From positions 1-64,000 of the forward strand of contig JAQGDQ010000254.1 of assembly GCA_030141605.1 (NCBI GenBank): 64,000 nt of DNA, in the 5' to 3' direction. The translations under genes and the position numbers were made by a program. The notes beneath the pieces were generated by a model. That model searched no databases. It was not told the DNA's origin and worked only from the letters and a program-made list of their open reading frames with translations. The stretch comes from Tubiluchus corallicola (lineage: Eukaryota > Animalia > Priapulida). Numbering within the stretch: the first letter of the stretch is position 1; the number at the start of each line of letters is the position of its first letter. Below are positions 11,095 through 32,040 of the stretch, in pieces.

Positions 11095-11847
11095 GAGATC
11101 TGTTAATCTGTTTTAGTCTAGGTAGATCTAGACAGCTGTTGTAGAAAATTGTATCAATGAAATTTTTCTCGAAATTATGATTTTTTATCAATTTTTTCAT
11201 TGTACATCTCTATTTTTGTAATTTTCGTATGATTTTTGTTAAGCTTGTATTCGTTTTGTATTCTGTGATGTTGCCTGTTAAATATGAGGAGAACCTAAGG
11301 ACAAACTCGTGGAATGGACAAATTTATACGGATGTAAATTTATTTTATTTAACTTGTAAGAGAAGGACAAATTATGATCAAGTAGAAGTTGTTAAATTAT
11401 TATGGTTTTACGATGCTTAAAGCAAAAGCTTTGATGGCGACTGAATTCATGTGCAAAACTGGCGTGGAGCTGTAACAGTGTATTACCACCTTGAACATTC
11501 TCGATTATTGATACAAATAATTGTGAGTAAATGCTCATTGTTGCATTTATATGTGCAGCTTCGTCTATAGACATCTGTAATAATTTAAGTACTGATTGTT
11601 AATGAATAATTATGTTCATATTCGGGCCTAATCCTCGCCAAAGGAATCAATGGACAATTCTGCAGTAACTGTCTAGGCTGGACCTCTGAACTTGACTGCA
11701 GACAACTAGAAAAGGCACTTAATGGAAAAGGACGTCAGCTCTAATCATGTCACTACTCTACCAGATAGGTGAGCGTTTTTTCGAAAGAACAATAAGATGC
11801 TTTTCAGAACTATAAGGCATTGTTAAGCTGTGAAGAATATAATTTCG

Positions 11848-12018
11848 TTTGTCGTCGTCGTTGTTGTTGTCATCGTTGTTACTGTTTTGTTGTTGTTGTT
11901 GCTGTTGTTGTTGTTGCTGTTGTTGTTGTTGTTGTTGGTGCTGCTGCTGCTGCTGTTGCTGTTGCAGCTCTACTGCTGTGTTGTTGTTGTTGTTGTTGTT
12001 TTTGTTGCTGTTGCTGTT
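11848..12018. repeat. (GTT)n/(GCT)n trinucleotide microsatellite
   Basis: Imperfect GTT/GCT runs directly visible. Confidence 0.95.
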
Positions 12019-13092
12019 AAACTAGACTTTCTATTTTCAGGTAAATCTTTCCATAACTAGTTATCAGAGCAGTTATCAGAAATTCCATAAGCAGTTATCA
12101 GAAATTATCCAACTGATGATTGTTGGCTTTGCTTTAAAACTAATTGCAGTACTTATTTTGTTAATTAGGTCATTCCGACGGAAGTGCCCGATTGCAGACG
12201 CCACACTGTTTTCCCTGCAAGCATTGTTGCTGTACTATCGATCCAGGTTACTTCCAGAAGGAACCACAATATGACTACTTTCCCAAGCGACGCCTCAATC
12301 TGGACAATGTCGAACAGCCGGAGTGTGCTTTTATTTGCATAAATTCGCAATTTTGCGGACTTAGCAGACATTAAATTGTAAACAAATTAAATTCTGTATA
12401 TTGTGAAAGTTGAATGTCCTGACAGTGAAAGAGGTTAACGTGTCTCTGGTTTTTGCTTAGATAATAATAGTGGATTTGCCTAGAATTTTTGTGTGTGGTT
12501 AATGCTCCCTTTATTATACTATTAAAATGTGTCTCTGATGGGTCATCATATTGCTATTATGTTCTTCAGTTTTTTGTGGTCCTAATTGGTGAACGTAATG
12601 CCAATTCTGATTGTCCTATGTTGAAGACTTTATGCAAGCAATGCTGTATTTTTGAGTATGGTCTTCTAGTATGTTGTTTGCGTACTTATGTGCCAAACCA
12701 AAAACAAGGTGCTTTAAATATTTTCTCTTGTTGTAAGTTCATTAGTCTTTTAATCTAGTCAACAGGCTTTTGTATCACATCATTTTGTCCTAGTCATAGT
12801 TCAGAAATCCCGTCAAATTTATAATTATTGTTTTAGTGCATTTCCTTAAGGACTGTTTTTGTGCAATTATAGTGATAGGTGCTTTGAGCTTTTGTAGCCG
12901 AGTAATGACGAATGTGCAATGGATTTTTATTATTTTTAATTTTGACGTCATTGGCATGCATTTTAAATATTAATGCACATTCCGTGTTTGTAAAATTTGT
13001 AGAATTTTAAATAAATTATTATTGCTGTTGCTACATGATTTTTAACGTGATTATTTAATTGTTGGATCTAGATTTCGTCTTCTGTTATTCAA

Positions 13093-13170
13093 TAGCCGAT
13101 AGCGTTGCCCAGTATAGTGTGAGTGGCGAATGCTAAATGTGGTTCCTGTGGGTTCGATACTCGCTCTAAG
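13093..13170 (+). mobile_element. Possible tRNA-derived SINE head
   Basis: B-box-like GGTTCGATAC near 13151 with an A-box-like segment about 50 nt upstream; no clean cloverleaf. Confidence 0.35.
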
Positions 13171-13590
13171 CGATAATTATATATAATAATTCAACATCCG
13201 CAAACCTGGCTGTTTGGCTTGTAGAGTGAGGACGTTTATGCATCCAAATGTGGATGAGACATCTTTGCCAGTTCAGTAGTAATCTTAGAGGGATGTCCTT
13301 AATGAGTCAGCTCTAGTGGTGCTGTGAACACCTCCTTAAACAAGCCCTATCTTTGAGCGCTGAGTGTCCTTTTCGCTTCATTTTGCTTTAGAAACACATT
13401 GGATGTTGCAGTACCTAAACCATCATTTTCAGTTTTTTTGTGTTTTCCATTTCCTTTCCAATGACTGGGGCAATTTTCACTGTTAAATCTATGACAGCTT
13501 TCAGGTTTTAATTATATTTCACTCTATTACTGGGACTGTGGCCCCAGCATTTTTCAATTGTAGATTAGAATGTATTTCAAAAGCCTTATA

Positions 13591-14368
13591 TCGGGTGCCG
13601 GAGAAAAATGTACCGAAATTTAGACTACAATAATATTAGAAACTAGTGCTCTGCAAAGTTGGGATTTTACAAAATGATATTGCAGTGCATTAGCTTTTGG
13701 CTGTGAAAGTTACGAGTTTATAGTTTTAGCATTAAACAGTTTTTGAGTAATGCCAAAAATATTTTACATGTTAAAAATCTAAACGCAATGTAATCACAAA
13801 AAATTCACAAGTAATTGAAAAAAGCCGCTTTGACGTACAAAGCACTCAATGTATGGCAGCAAAAAATAAGCAAAATCAATCAGTTTACATCATGGTCTTC
13901 ATCAGAAAAAATAGAGCTTTGATAAAGATTTGTTATCGAGAATGCCCTGGAATTCCCTTAAAAAGAAATTGCACGATGGCCGTGCAAAGCTGTTTGATTC
14001 AAAGTAACAAGGCAAAAACTGTTAAATGCTGTCCAAATACGCCTTAAAGAAGTGAAAAAGTGTCAGCTGTTGGATGAAACGACTTCATCTAGTTTGTAGT
14101 GAAAATGCTAGACACATAGAGCACTTACTGCAAATTTAAGCAATAGATATTCATCTATTGAATATGACATGTGATTTTTCCGGCATTTATTTTTTGACTC
14201 GTCAATTTAAAACTTCTGTTTCTGGAAAAAATTGAGGTAATGACCTAAAAATTTTGGTGCTTACACACAAGAGTCTACAACGTCAGTGTGGTAATTTTCA
14301 GGAGTCTCCGTTATTTTCTTCTTATAATATCGTGATCAAAAGTTTGGCATATTTTTTGCGCCACCTGA
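13591..14368. mobile_element. Tc1/mariner-like non-autonomous element (MITE)
   Basis: Imperfect TIRs TCGGGTGCCGGAGAAAAATG ... CATATTTTTTGCGCCACCTGA, each flanked by TA; no transposase ORF. Confidence 0.5.
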
Positions 14369-15174
14369 TACAACGTCAAAAATGATGTAGCCTGCATGGC
14401 TGTCGTATTAACATATAAATTCTGAACAGGTTTTTTACAGCGACCTTACACATTAACATTTTTCAGGTCTGAACTTTTTATGATTATTCAAGTCAAGCAA
14501 ACCGTTAAGTACTTGCAATAAGATACTTTCTAATGAGTATCTGTGATCGGTTCTTAAACTCTACGGCAAGATGCACTGCTCATAGTCTGGCAGTAGATGT
14601 CTTTACTACAAAAAATCCACAGGCCCAGGTTCCAATGTTTTTGCGCGCATGCGTTTCATTTAGTCCTGTTTCAAGCTTAATAAACTCAATACAAAATCGC
14701 TTCGGAAAGTTGCGGTCACTAGGCAGCATTCCACAATATATAATAAGAAAATACAAAGCTTTAAAAGTTAATCGAAATCACGTTGTCTCAAGTTTGCTTT
14801 CGCTTTAGACACACAATGAAAAACACACATTACCTCCTGGCAATTATTATGTTATTAAATTCCTTTAGAAGTGCCTATTGAACGCATTTAAAGAGCTGAA
14901 CATCTGCTACTGATTTCGTGCCGCCAGGTTATACGCAGACTCAAAGACAAAAGTATTATTGTGACACATCCAAGTGTTAGCCCTAGGCTTTTATAAGGTT
15001 ATCAGCAAGGGCTTAGAAGCTTTTCTGCGCATTTCCACCTCGGCGATATCAAACGAAGGGTACTTAAGGTTCAGGAGGAATAAGAATCCAACATACATTG
15101 GCAAAATGCTCATGAAAGCATGTTACTAATGCTCTGTACCTAATTGGACATTAGCCTGTGTTCTTAAACACATT

Positions 15175-18100
15175 ATGACGGGGGCAAATCATGCTTTTCT
15201 CAAACTTTCTTTATGTACATGCTTTGTCGTTTTGGTAAAAGCCGTTGTACCACCAGCTGCACTGCAGACTGCTTACATTCTTGAACCAGGTGATCTGATG
15301 TTGGGACTGTTGTTAGGCGTCCATGACTACCACCCCGTAAAACCCTGTGGAGAGAAGATAACTGAGTATCGCCGTGTTCCTGCCGTATATACTATGGAGT
15401 TCTTGAAACAGAAGTTCGAAGCCGACCCCACCATTCTACCGAATACCAGCATCGGTTATGTCTGGTACGACACTTGTTACAAGGATTCTACTGGAATGGC
15501 ACAAACATTGCATTTTATACCAGATTCTTGTACCTCTGACAGCTCTGCCACTACAAGTACTCCGCTTTTGCAGCCTCAAGATAGCAATGATTTCTTGAAC
15601 ATGAAAGGCAATGAATATGTCGATGTCGTAGGAGTAGTAGGCGCAACATTCAGCTCCACAAGTATTCTAATCAATCATATCCTTAATATGTATGAAATAC
15701 CGCAAGTCAGTCAAGCATCAAGCAGTGATACACTAAGTGACATCAGCAGACATGAATACTTCTTTAGAGTTTATCCGCCTGATAGGTATCAGGTGCTGGC
15801 CATCATGAGTGTTATCAAGCATTTTCAATGGAAATACATTTCAATGATATACTCTGAAGGTAGTTATGGTGAAACTGCAGAAAAGTACATTCACGAAGAT
15901 GCCAAAAAAGAGGGAATCTGCATGGCTGTGGTGAGAAAGGTGCCATATAGTGCCACTTATGCCGACTTTGATGCATACGCCAATGAGCTCATCGAAAACT
16001 CCAAGGCAAGGGTGGTAATACTGTTTTGCCTTGGCGACCATGTACCATGGCTTTTCAAAAACCTCCAAGCAAAAAACTACACGAATCATTTCATTTGGCT
16101 TACCAGCGAAGCTTGGGGAGGAACCTTTGCTGATTACAGAGACATAGAGCAGATGTCTCTTGGGACCATTGCCATCACTCCAACTGTCAGAGATGTCCCA
16201 GAATTTGACCAGTGGTTTTCATCACTGACTCTGAACGATTTTACAAAGTATGGGCTGATGAATATCTTTTGGGAGAAGAAATTTAATTGTTCGATAAACG
16301 GAAGTAGTGGCACTCGTACATGTGACCGCAACACCAGATTGGGGGCACAACATGAACCACACCCAGTGACATCCTTGTTACTTGATGCAGCCAATGCATT
16401 AATATACAGCATAGATAAGCTACTTAAGAGAAAATGTCCTGAAACAACAGGTCAGGCTACTAGAAACTGTATAACAGGAAAAGAAGTACTTGAATCTATG
16501 AAGACAATAAGTTATCCCGGGTATACAATGGATACGATTCGCTTTAATGAAAATGGCGATATCCGGGCCCAATATGTGGTGCAAAATTTCCATGCAAAAC
16601 ATGGAAAGTATATTTTAGAGCACATAGGATCTTGGAGTGAGGCTGAAAACAGATTACTCTTGTTCAAAAAAGTGACCTGGGCAACAAGAACAATGGAAAA
16701 CAAGTCTGAAGAATATTTTGTTCCAGAATCTGTTTGTGCAACATCATGTCCGCCAAGACATTACAAGCAACAGTTGGAGGTGTCATGTTGCTGGGAGTGT
16801 AGAGCATGCAGAGAGAATGAATACCTGATTAACAACAATACGAAATGTGTCGCTTGTCCAAAATTCACCTGGCCCCAGGAATCTGACGATACGAACTGTG
16901 AGATTATTCCCCCAAGTTACCTAGATGTGACAGGAACTGCTGGGCTCATCAGTATTGTTCTGACAATCTTTGGGATTCTTTTTACCTTTTTGGTTACCGT
17001 TTTATTTCTGTGGCATCGGAATGCTAAGCTAATTAAAGCATCGAGCAGAGAACTGAGCATCATAATCCTGGTGGGCATTCTACTGTCGTTCTTTGTTGTG
17101 TTTCCTTTGTTATTGAAGCCGAAGTCGGGACACTGTGCCATTGGTCGTTTTGGGTTCATACTCTGCTTTACAACCATCTATGGTCCACTGTTGGCAAGAA
17201 CGAATAGAATCTACCGCATCTTTGAAGCTGGCAAGAAGACAAAGATGGTGCCGAGTTGTATAGCACCAAGATCACAGATGATGCTGAGTGGACTATTCAT
17301 ATTGATCCAGGTACGTCTGTAATGCACATTCCAATAAATATTAATTTTTTTACATTGATCACTTGACAAAATCATGCAAATCGTTTGGAGTTCAAAAATG
17401 ATTCTGCAGTTTGTAATAACAGAACAGAATTAGCCCATGAAGGGATTAAGGACTGGAAAGCCTAGAAGAAATTACTGAACTTAGCCCAGATCCCTTAATG
17501 AGATTTGAATTCAGTGACAGTCTTGGCTTTCTTACTGTAAACAACATTATCCACCCTTACTTTACCTAGAAACAATAAAAATGGTGATAAAGAACATAAT
17601 TGTATAAGATTAGACATTCACTTTGTACTTGCGCATGGTAAAAAGCAGACTTTGTTCATGTCCTGCAATAAATAGACATGTTAGACTTAATGCAAACTTG
17701 GTGCTGACTGAGTCTGAACTCAGGCTGGTTAGAAAGTAAAGGGTTTGATATCACATATTAAGGATAAATGAGAATTGGCAAATTGCCAGAATCACCCAGG
17801 CAAAACTAATCAAAGCTACTGATGGTTTGATTTGTGAGACATCCTCACTCAACCTGCATTCAGTGAATAATTGATAGTGCATAAACTAAGAAATTTGCAA
17901 AACAAACCATTTAATGACTTACTTTACAATGATCTTTAAAAAAATAGTCATTTAATAAAACTTTTGTAGACTGTAAGCAGACAGATCACTGTTTGGTCAT
18001 CATTACCTAACAACATATGCACAATATAAGAAATTTCAAATTTACTCATTAAGTTTGTCAGTTTGATAAAGTCGTGAAAAAATGCTTAATCCATCTCATT

Positions 18101-18934
18101 CTTGTCATTGTATAAGACGACAAAACTAGGTTGAATTTGCAAGATAACTCACTATGATTTTATATACCATAATATTGTTTTTCTTCTTTGATGACACTAA
18201 TCACTTTTAGTTTAACTCTTCACTAATTTGTCTGCACAATTTGTTTGAAATTAACACGTTTCAATTAGTTTAGCCATTTTTTGAAGTACGTTCTGAAGTT
18301 ATTTTCTCATCAATATTCTCACATAAATATAAAACAACAATATTTATTGATATCATTTCATTTGCAGGCAGTAATTAGTACAACATGGGCAATAATAGAA
18401 CCACCCAAAGTTGTCCTGGAGATGCCACAAGTGGTGTTACGCTACGTGGAATTACGCTGTCACATGAGTGCAGGGGAACTCGTTACCTCCGTCAGCTATA
18501 ACCTTTTGCTGATCATCATCTGCTGTTACTACGCTTTCAAGACACGCCGCCTACCAGACAACTTCAACGAGTCCCGTTTCATCTGCTTCTGCGTTTACAC
18601 CACCATGATCATGTGGCTCGCATTCCTGCCCACATACTTTACGACAGCCACGCCGCTGTACAGACCCATCTACCTGTCATTGGCACTTATCATCAATGCA
18701 TACGTAACCACTGCCTGCTTTTTTATACCGAAATTATATGCGATTTACTTTGCGACAGAAGACAAGATGAATTTAACCAAGGATGGTCCGGCAGGTAAAG
18801 TGGGCAAAGCTAAAGCTAAGGTAACACCTGGAGTCTCTGTCACCCAGCCAGGTACAACAGGCCCAACAAATTCTGAATCTGTCAGTACAAGCACAAAGAC
18901 TAATCCACAGCCCTCAACAAAACAGAAGGCATAG
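15175..18934 (+). CDS. Metabotropic glutamate receptor-like class C GPCR, about 900 aa; exons 15175-17310 and 18368-18934
   Basis: Signal peptide, Venus flytrap motifs (PGDLMLG, PQVS, YFFRVYPPDRYQ, GSYGE), Cys-rich domain (PESVC, CCWEC), 7TM (IKASSRELS, RTNRIYRIF, KTRRLPDNFNESRFI, FIPKLY). Phase-0 intron CAG|GTACGT...TTGCAG|GCA joins the two ORFs in frame. Confidence 0.93.
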
Positions 18935-20022
18935 AAATAGATAAATACAATGAAGAAGAAAACCAAATGCAAAATAGCCAAGATGACAAGGTCATGTGAA
19001 AGAAGCCATATCTTCACAGACGTCACTGCAAACTTAAGAAGACACTACACAGTCAACTTTTCTGTAATTGTATTATTAGTAGATTAACAGGCACCCATTT
19101 GCCCATCATAAGCACAGAAATAACGATGTTAATCTATGGCAGCCAAAATGTTGTTTTAGTCAGATGCTGATGTCCATATGATTATGTTCATATGAATTCA
19201 TGTAGCCATAAGCTACAACTACAGAGATATGTGTGACTACACAATGATTATTCAGTTTAGTTTCTAGAGATGGTAAGTTAAAAAGCACAACTTTAATCAC
19301 GTTAGCTGCTTTTTTGTTAAACTTAACTTTCTAACACTACATCATTGCTTACACAAGATACAAAAAGCTAATGGCAAGATTCTCTTCCAAACGAAATCGC
19401 TTCCAAAATAATTTATTGTTTTTATGTTATTTTACAATAGTCACAGTTTCACATACAAGTAAACATGAAAAATCTAATTCCGTAACATGTAACTTTGTTC
19501 TAAATTATTTTCAGCTCTTTGAGATCTTACTTGTAAACTGACATCAGATGAAAAGGTGAATATCACAGCATGCTAAAACTTGTAACTGTTTTCACCTTTG
19601 TATGCATCTTTACGTACTTGTTCACCATTGTATGCATCTTTACGTTGTTGTGTATAAATAAACTATAAACTGTAAGAATGGCAAATACGCAGCCGTATTT
19701 CATTTAAAAATAGGAAAAACCACAGTTCATTATTTATGAAAACTGAAAATAATGTATCTTTATTACAATGCATAAGAAAACAAAGAATTCGCATGTTGTC
19801 AAACTGTTTGCACAAGGCAAGACAGTAAAAAAGATTATGTAACATATTTCTCCAGCAATTCAACATTCTGTATACATATACATTTGGTTGGTGGCCTTCC
19901 TGATTTTACAATTTGTGACATTCAAAAATTCACAAATAGCCAATGGAGTAATAACAGTACCACCACATATCCCGCCATACTGCTTACATTCACTGGGGCA
20001 CTACATGGTTTTTTTGCCTCTC

Positions 20023-28983
<8,961 letters not shown>

Positions 28984-30479
28984 TACAAAGCAGCAAACAC
29001 AAAATCTAAAACAACGAGAACAAAGACTTTTTATACAAATGACAACATATGATATGCATTAAGAGCAAGAGGCAAGAGGCAAGAGGCAAGGCCAAGTGAC
29101 AGGCAATGATCGTGTCTTTACATCTGTTTTAATGGCATTTGTAGATAACAACTCAAATGACACAAAGCCATGTAAATTCAGAAAACTTATCGGCTATGAT
29201 TGGCTGGTCCAATGTCAGTGTAATCGCAAATGAAATTATATACATCATCACATGATCATCACGTCTGTCTTAGATATAGGACAGGCGGAATTCTAAAATA
29301 AAAAAATCTGCCATCAAGACTGGTAAACACAGCAGTAATCCAGCAAAAAAACTAAACATTGGGGTGCCAGTAGTTTGTCAGCACCACTTCCATATGACAA
29401 AACAAGCACAAATTCTGGATGATTTACCGAATCAGGATAGAAATAACCTCAAACTGTTGGCTTTACCTAAGATTCTGAGAAAATATCAACTCTACAACAA
29501 ATAAAACAAATACTGTTTTGGGAGTGAAACCCAAGCATTTGACATGAGCTGTATAGTTTTGTTTAAATTCTAAGTCAAAATTTTATTAATATTAACGTGT
29601 AAGCCTCTTATCTAGAGAAGGTATGAAGCCATAGCATGTAACAAGAACACACAATATAACAATTTAACATAAAAAACATTTTAATACAATAAGATATAAA
29701 GCAGTTTTTATTGGATTCAAAAGAAACAGGGCTGAAAAATGCCTACATGTTTTTTGTTCAATGTGTATACAGTGTATCATATCGTTACAGTGATTATGTG
29801 TTAACTACACAAGCACCACAAAAAGTTGTATAGGCCTAGAAAAATGATGGTATTGTATAATGCAGACTTGGGTTCCTTCTACATCAATATCAATATCAAA
29901 GCCATAATAAGTAAACAATGATGCGGTGGATGCAAAGGTGAATTAAAGAATAACCTGGAATGTCTTTCTAACCTAAAAAAGTCTCGAAGTTTGTCAAATC
30001 CAGGGTCAAATTTCCTCATGCATTTCATTTATTATAAGTACTTACCATAAGTGTTTACCATAACGGTAAGCAAGTTGTGAGACTGGTCATGTAACAAAAC
30101 TATTATCAGAACGTAAATAGCAAAGAATTCACTGTGCCCTTCGTGGATAGATATTTACAAAAAACGTGCTCTGCCTCCAATCATACCTCAAAGGTATTAA
30201 TATAGGAGATCGCTAGTGCATAAATATTTGTCTAAAGCATTTTTAAAACAGATAGTCATTTGTAGTCTTATAACTTCTTCGGGCAGGGAACTTCAGAGAT
30301 CTATTCCCGCCTGACTCACTTAGTCTAAGTGAGGTCTGACAGACAAAGAGGAAGTATGACATGAAATGACCTATCCATAGCCAATGTAAAAGCTAGATGT
30401 ACTAGAGGTACATCCATGGATCACCTGTAATGCCTGTGCTCTACTGGCATTTAGTGTGTATAGCACAAGGAATTTTTTG

Positions 30480-30900
30480 TCATTCCATTCATGTTCCAAA
30501 TTTCTTTTGAATTCATTTATTGACTTAGATGCTACAGTTTTGCTGCTTAAACTATTCCAGCTGTTAATTACTCGGTTGCTAAAGGCATACTTCCTTTCGT
30601 CCAGTCTGGCTCGGGGTTTGTAGAATTTATAAGGATGACCTCTAATTAGAATGAATTCTGAATTCTTAAAAAAGGATGACTTGTCCAAAACGTCAATTTT
30701 ATGATTTGATTGATGAATCTAAAAACCTGAATCATGTTACTTCATTGGCATCTATATTGTAAAGATGGAGTGCTTAATTTTCTAAGTCTTTCTGCATAAT
30801 CCAAGTCACTGAATGATGGAGCTAGCTTGGTAGCCCTTCATTCCACATTTTCTATGAATTGAGTATCTCCTACAAACCTTGGTCCCCAAACAACAGTTTG
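30480..30900 (-). mobile_element. Decayed 3' fragment of non-LTR retrotransposon ORF2 (CR1/L2-like)
   Basis: Translation VWGPRFVGDTQFIENVE*RATKLAP...YAERLRKL..PSLQYR, then after a frameshift RGHPYKFYKPRARLDERKYAFSNRVINSWNSL, a typical CR1/L2 post-RT C-terminus with in-frame stops. Confidence 0.85.
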
Positions 30901-32040
30901 CACTACTTCTGTTTCCGCAAAATTTATACCAGAGGTTTGTTTTTTCGTAATACACTTTCTGTACTCTCGATTCACAAAAGGAGCTTCATGTTTTCTAGCT
31001 CGTTTTGAATTCAGTGGTATGTGTCTGATGTTTCACAACCTCATTCAGTAGCATACTGTATGCCCAGTAACTATCATCAACGTCATCAGAAATCATACCG
31101 TCGAATGGTATACTAGCAATGTCTTGTTTAAGCATATTTATATCAAGGTTTTTGTAACTTCTGTAGGTTATGTCCCTATTCTTAATACATTATACTATAT
31201 TTATACCATACATTATACTATACTATACTATACCCTATACGTAGTCCATTTGGAGTGGTTACTGTAGATACGCTCGATCCTCTTCACCACCAATGACAAG
31301 CAAGCAGACCTCAATAAAATGTGGCTGTTTGCGAGATTAACTTGTTTTAGGGATCACACCAAATATCTTTTACGTCAACTTGCCTTTGCTGTTTCCTCGT
31401 TTTAAATTGTATTTTTAGTTTCAACAGCTCGTTAACAAACATCCTAGTCAGTAGTAATTTATCTATGCTCCATTCACTTATATAGTGAGTGGGACGTGTT
31501 AAATTCCATTTGCTCCAATTTACTGCGGTCTGATCAGACAGTAAAACTCTCTGGGTTAAAAGGATGAGCTCGAGTGCTCCAACCAAGTACAAGACGCTAC
31601 TTATGTGCGGTAGCAGACTAACACGAGTTTCAGTGAGTGATTTGGGTAACTTATTTAACTATACGACTTTACCTGAAGTAATTCACCTAAGCACGCAAAA
31701 ACAGCACAGAATAGATATGATTCACGTTTACAGCTCTCTCCTTTCAAATGAAACAGTATTAAAGTCATTTACTACATTAAATTTAGTAGAAATAAATTAA
31801 ACACAACACGTGAAAGAAGCGTAAGGCAAAAGTACAGTAACAGAGATCTTTGAACATATTTACAAGCTACAAAAGATTTTTATAAAAGATTACTCATATC
31901 GCTAGCACGTGTTTCATACGAAATGTACAATATCCTTGTTATTTTATATTTGAAACTGCAATAGCCTTTTATGCAAGTATCCACAGTCAGCGGCAAGTTA
32001 AACTGACTTAAGTAATTGACGCGAGTTGATTATTAGGACC

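Noticed and set aside
11820-12060. Poly-Val/Leu/Cys ORFs
   Set aside because: Translations of the GTT/GCT microsatellite.
13093-13170. Functional tRNA gene
   Set aside because: A B-box is present but no convincing acceptor or anticodon stems; SINE-like at best.
30371-30688. 105-aa ORF as a host gene
   Set aside because: It is the C-terminal piece of a decayed LINE ORF2, with stops and a frameshift upstream.
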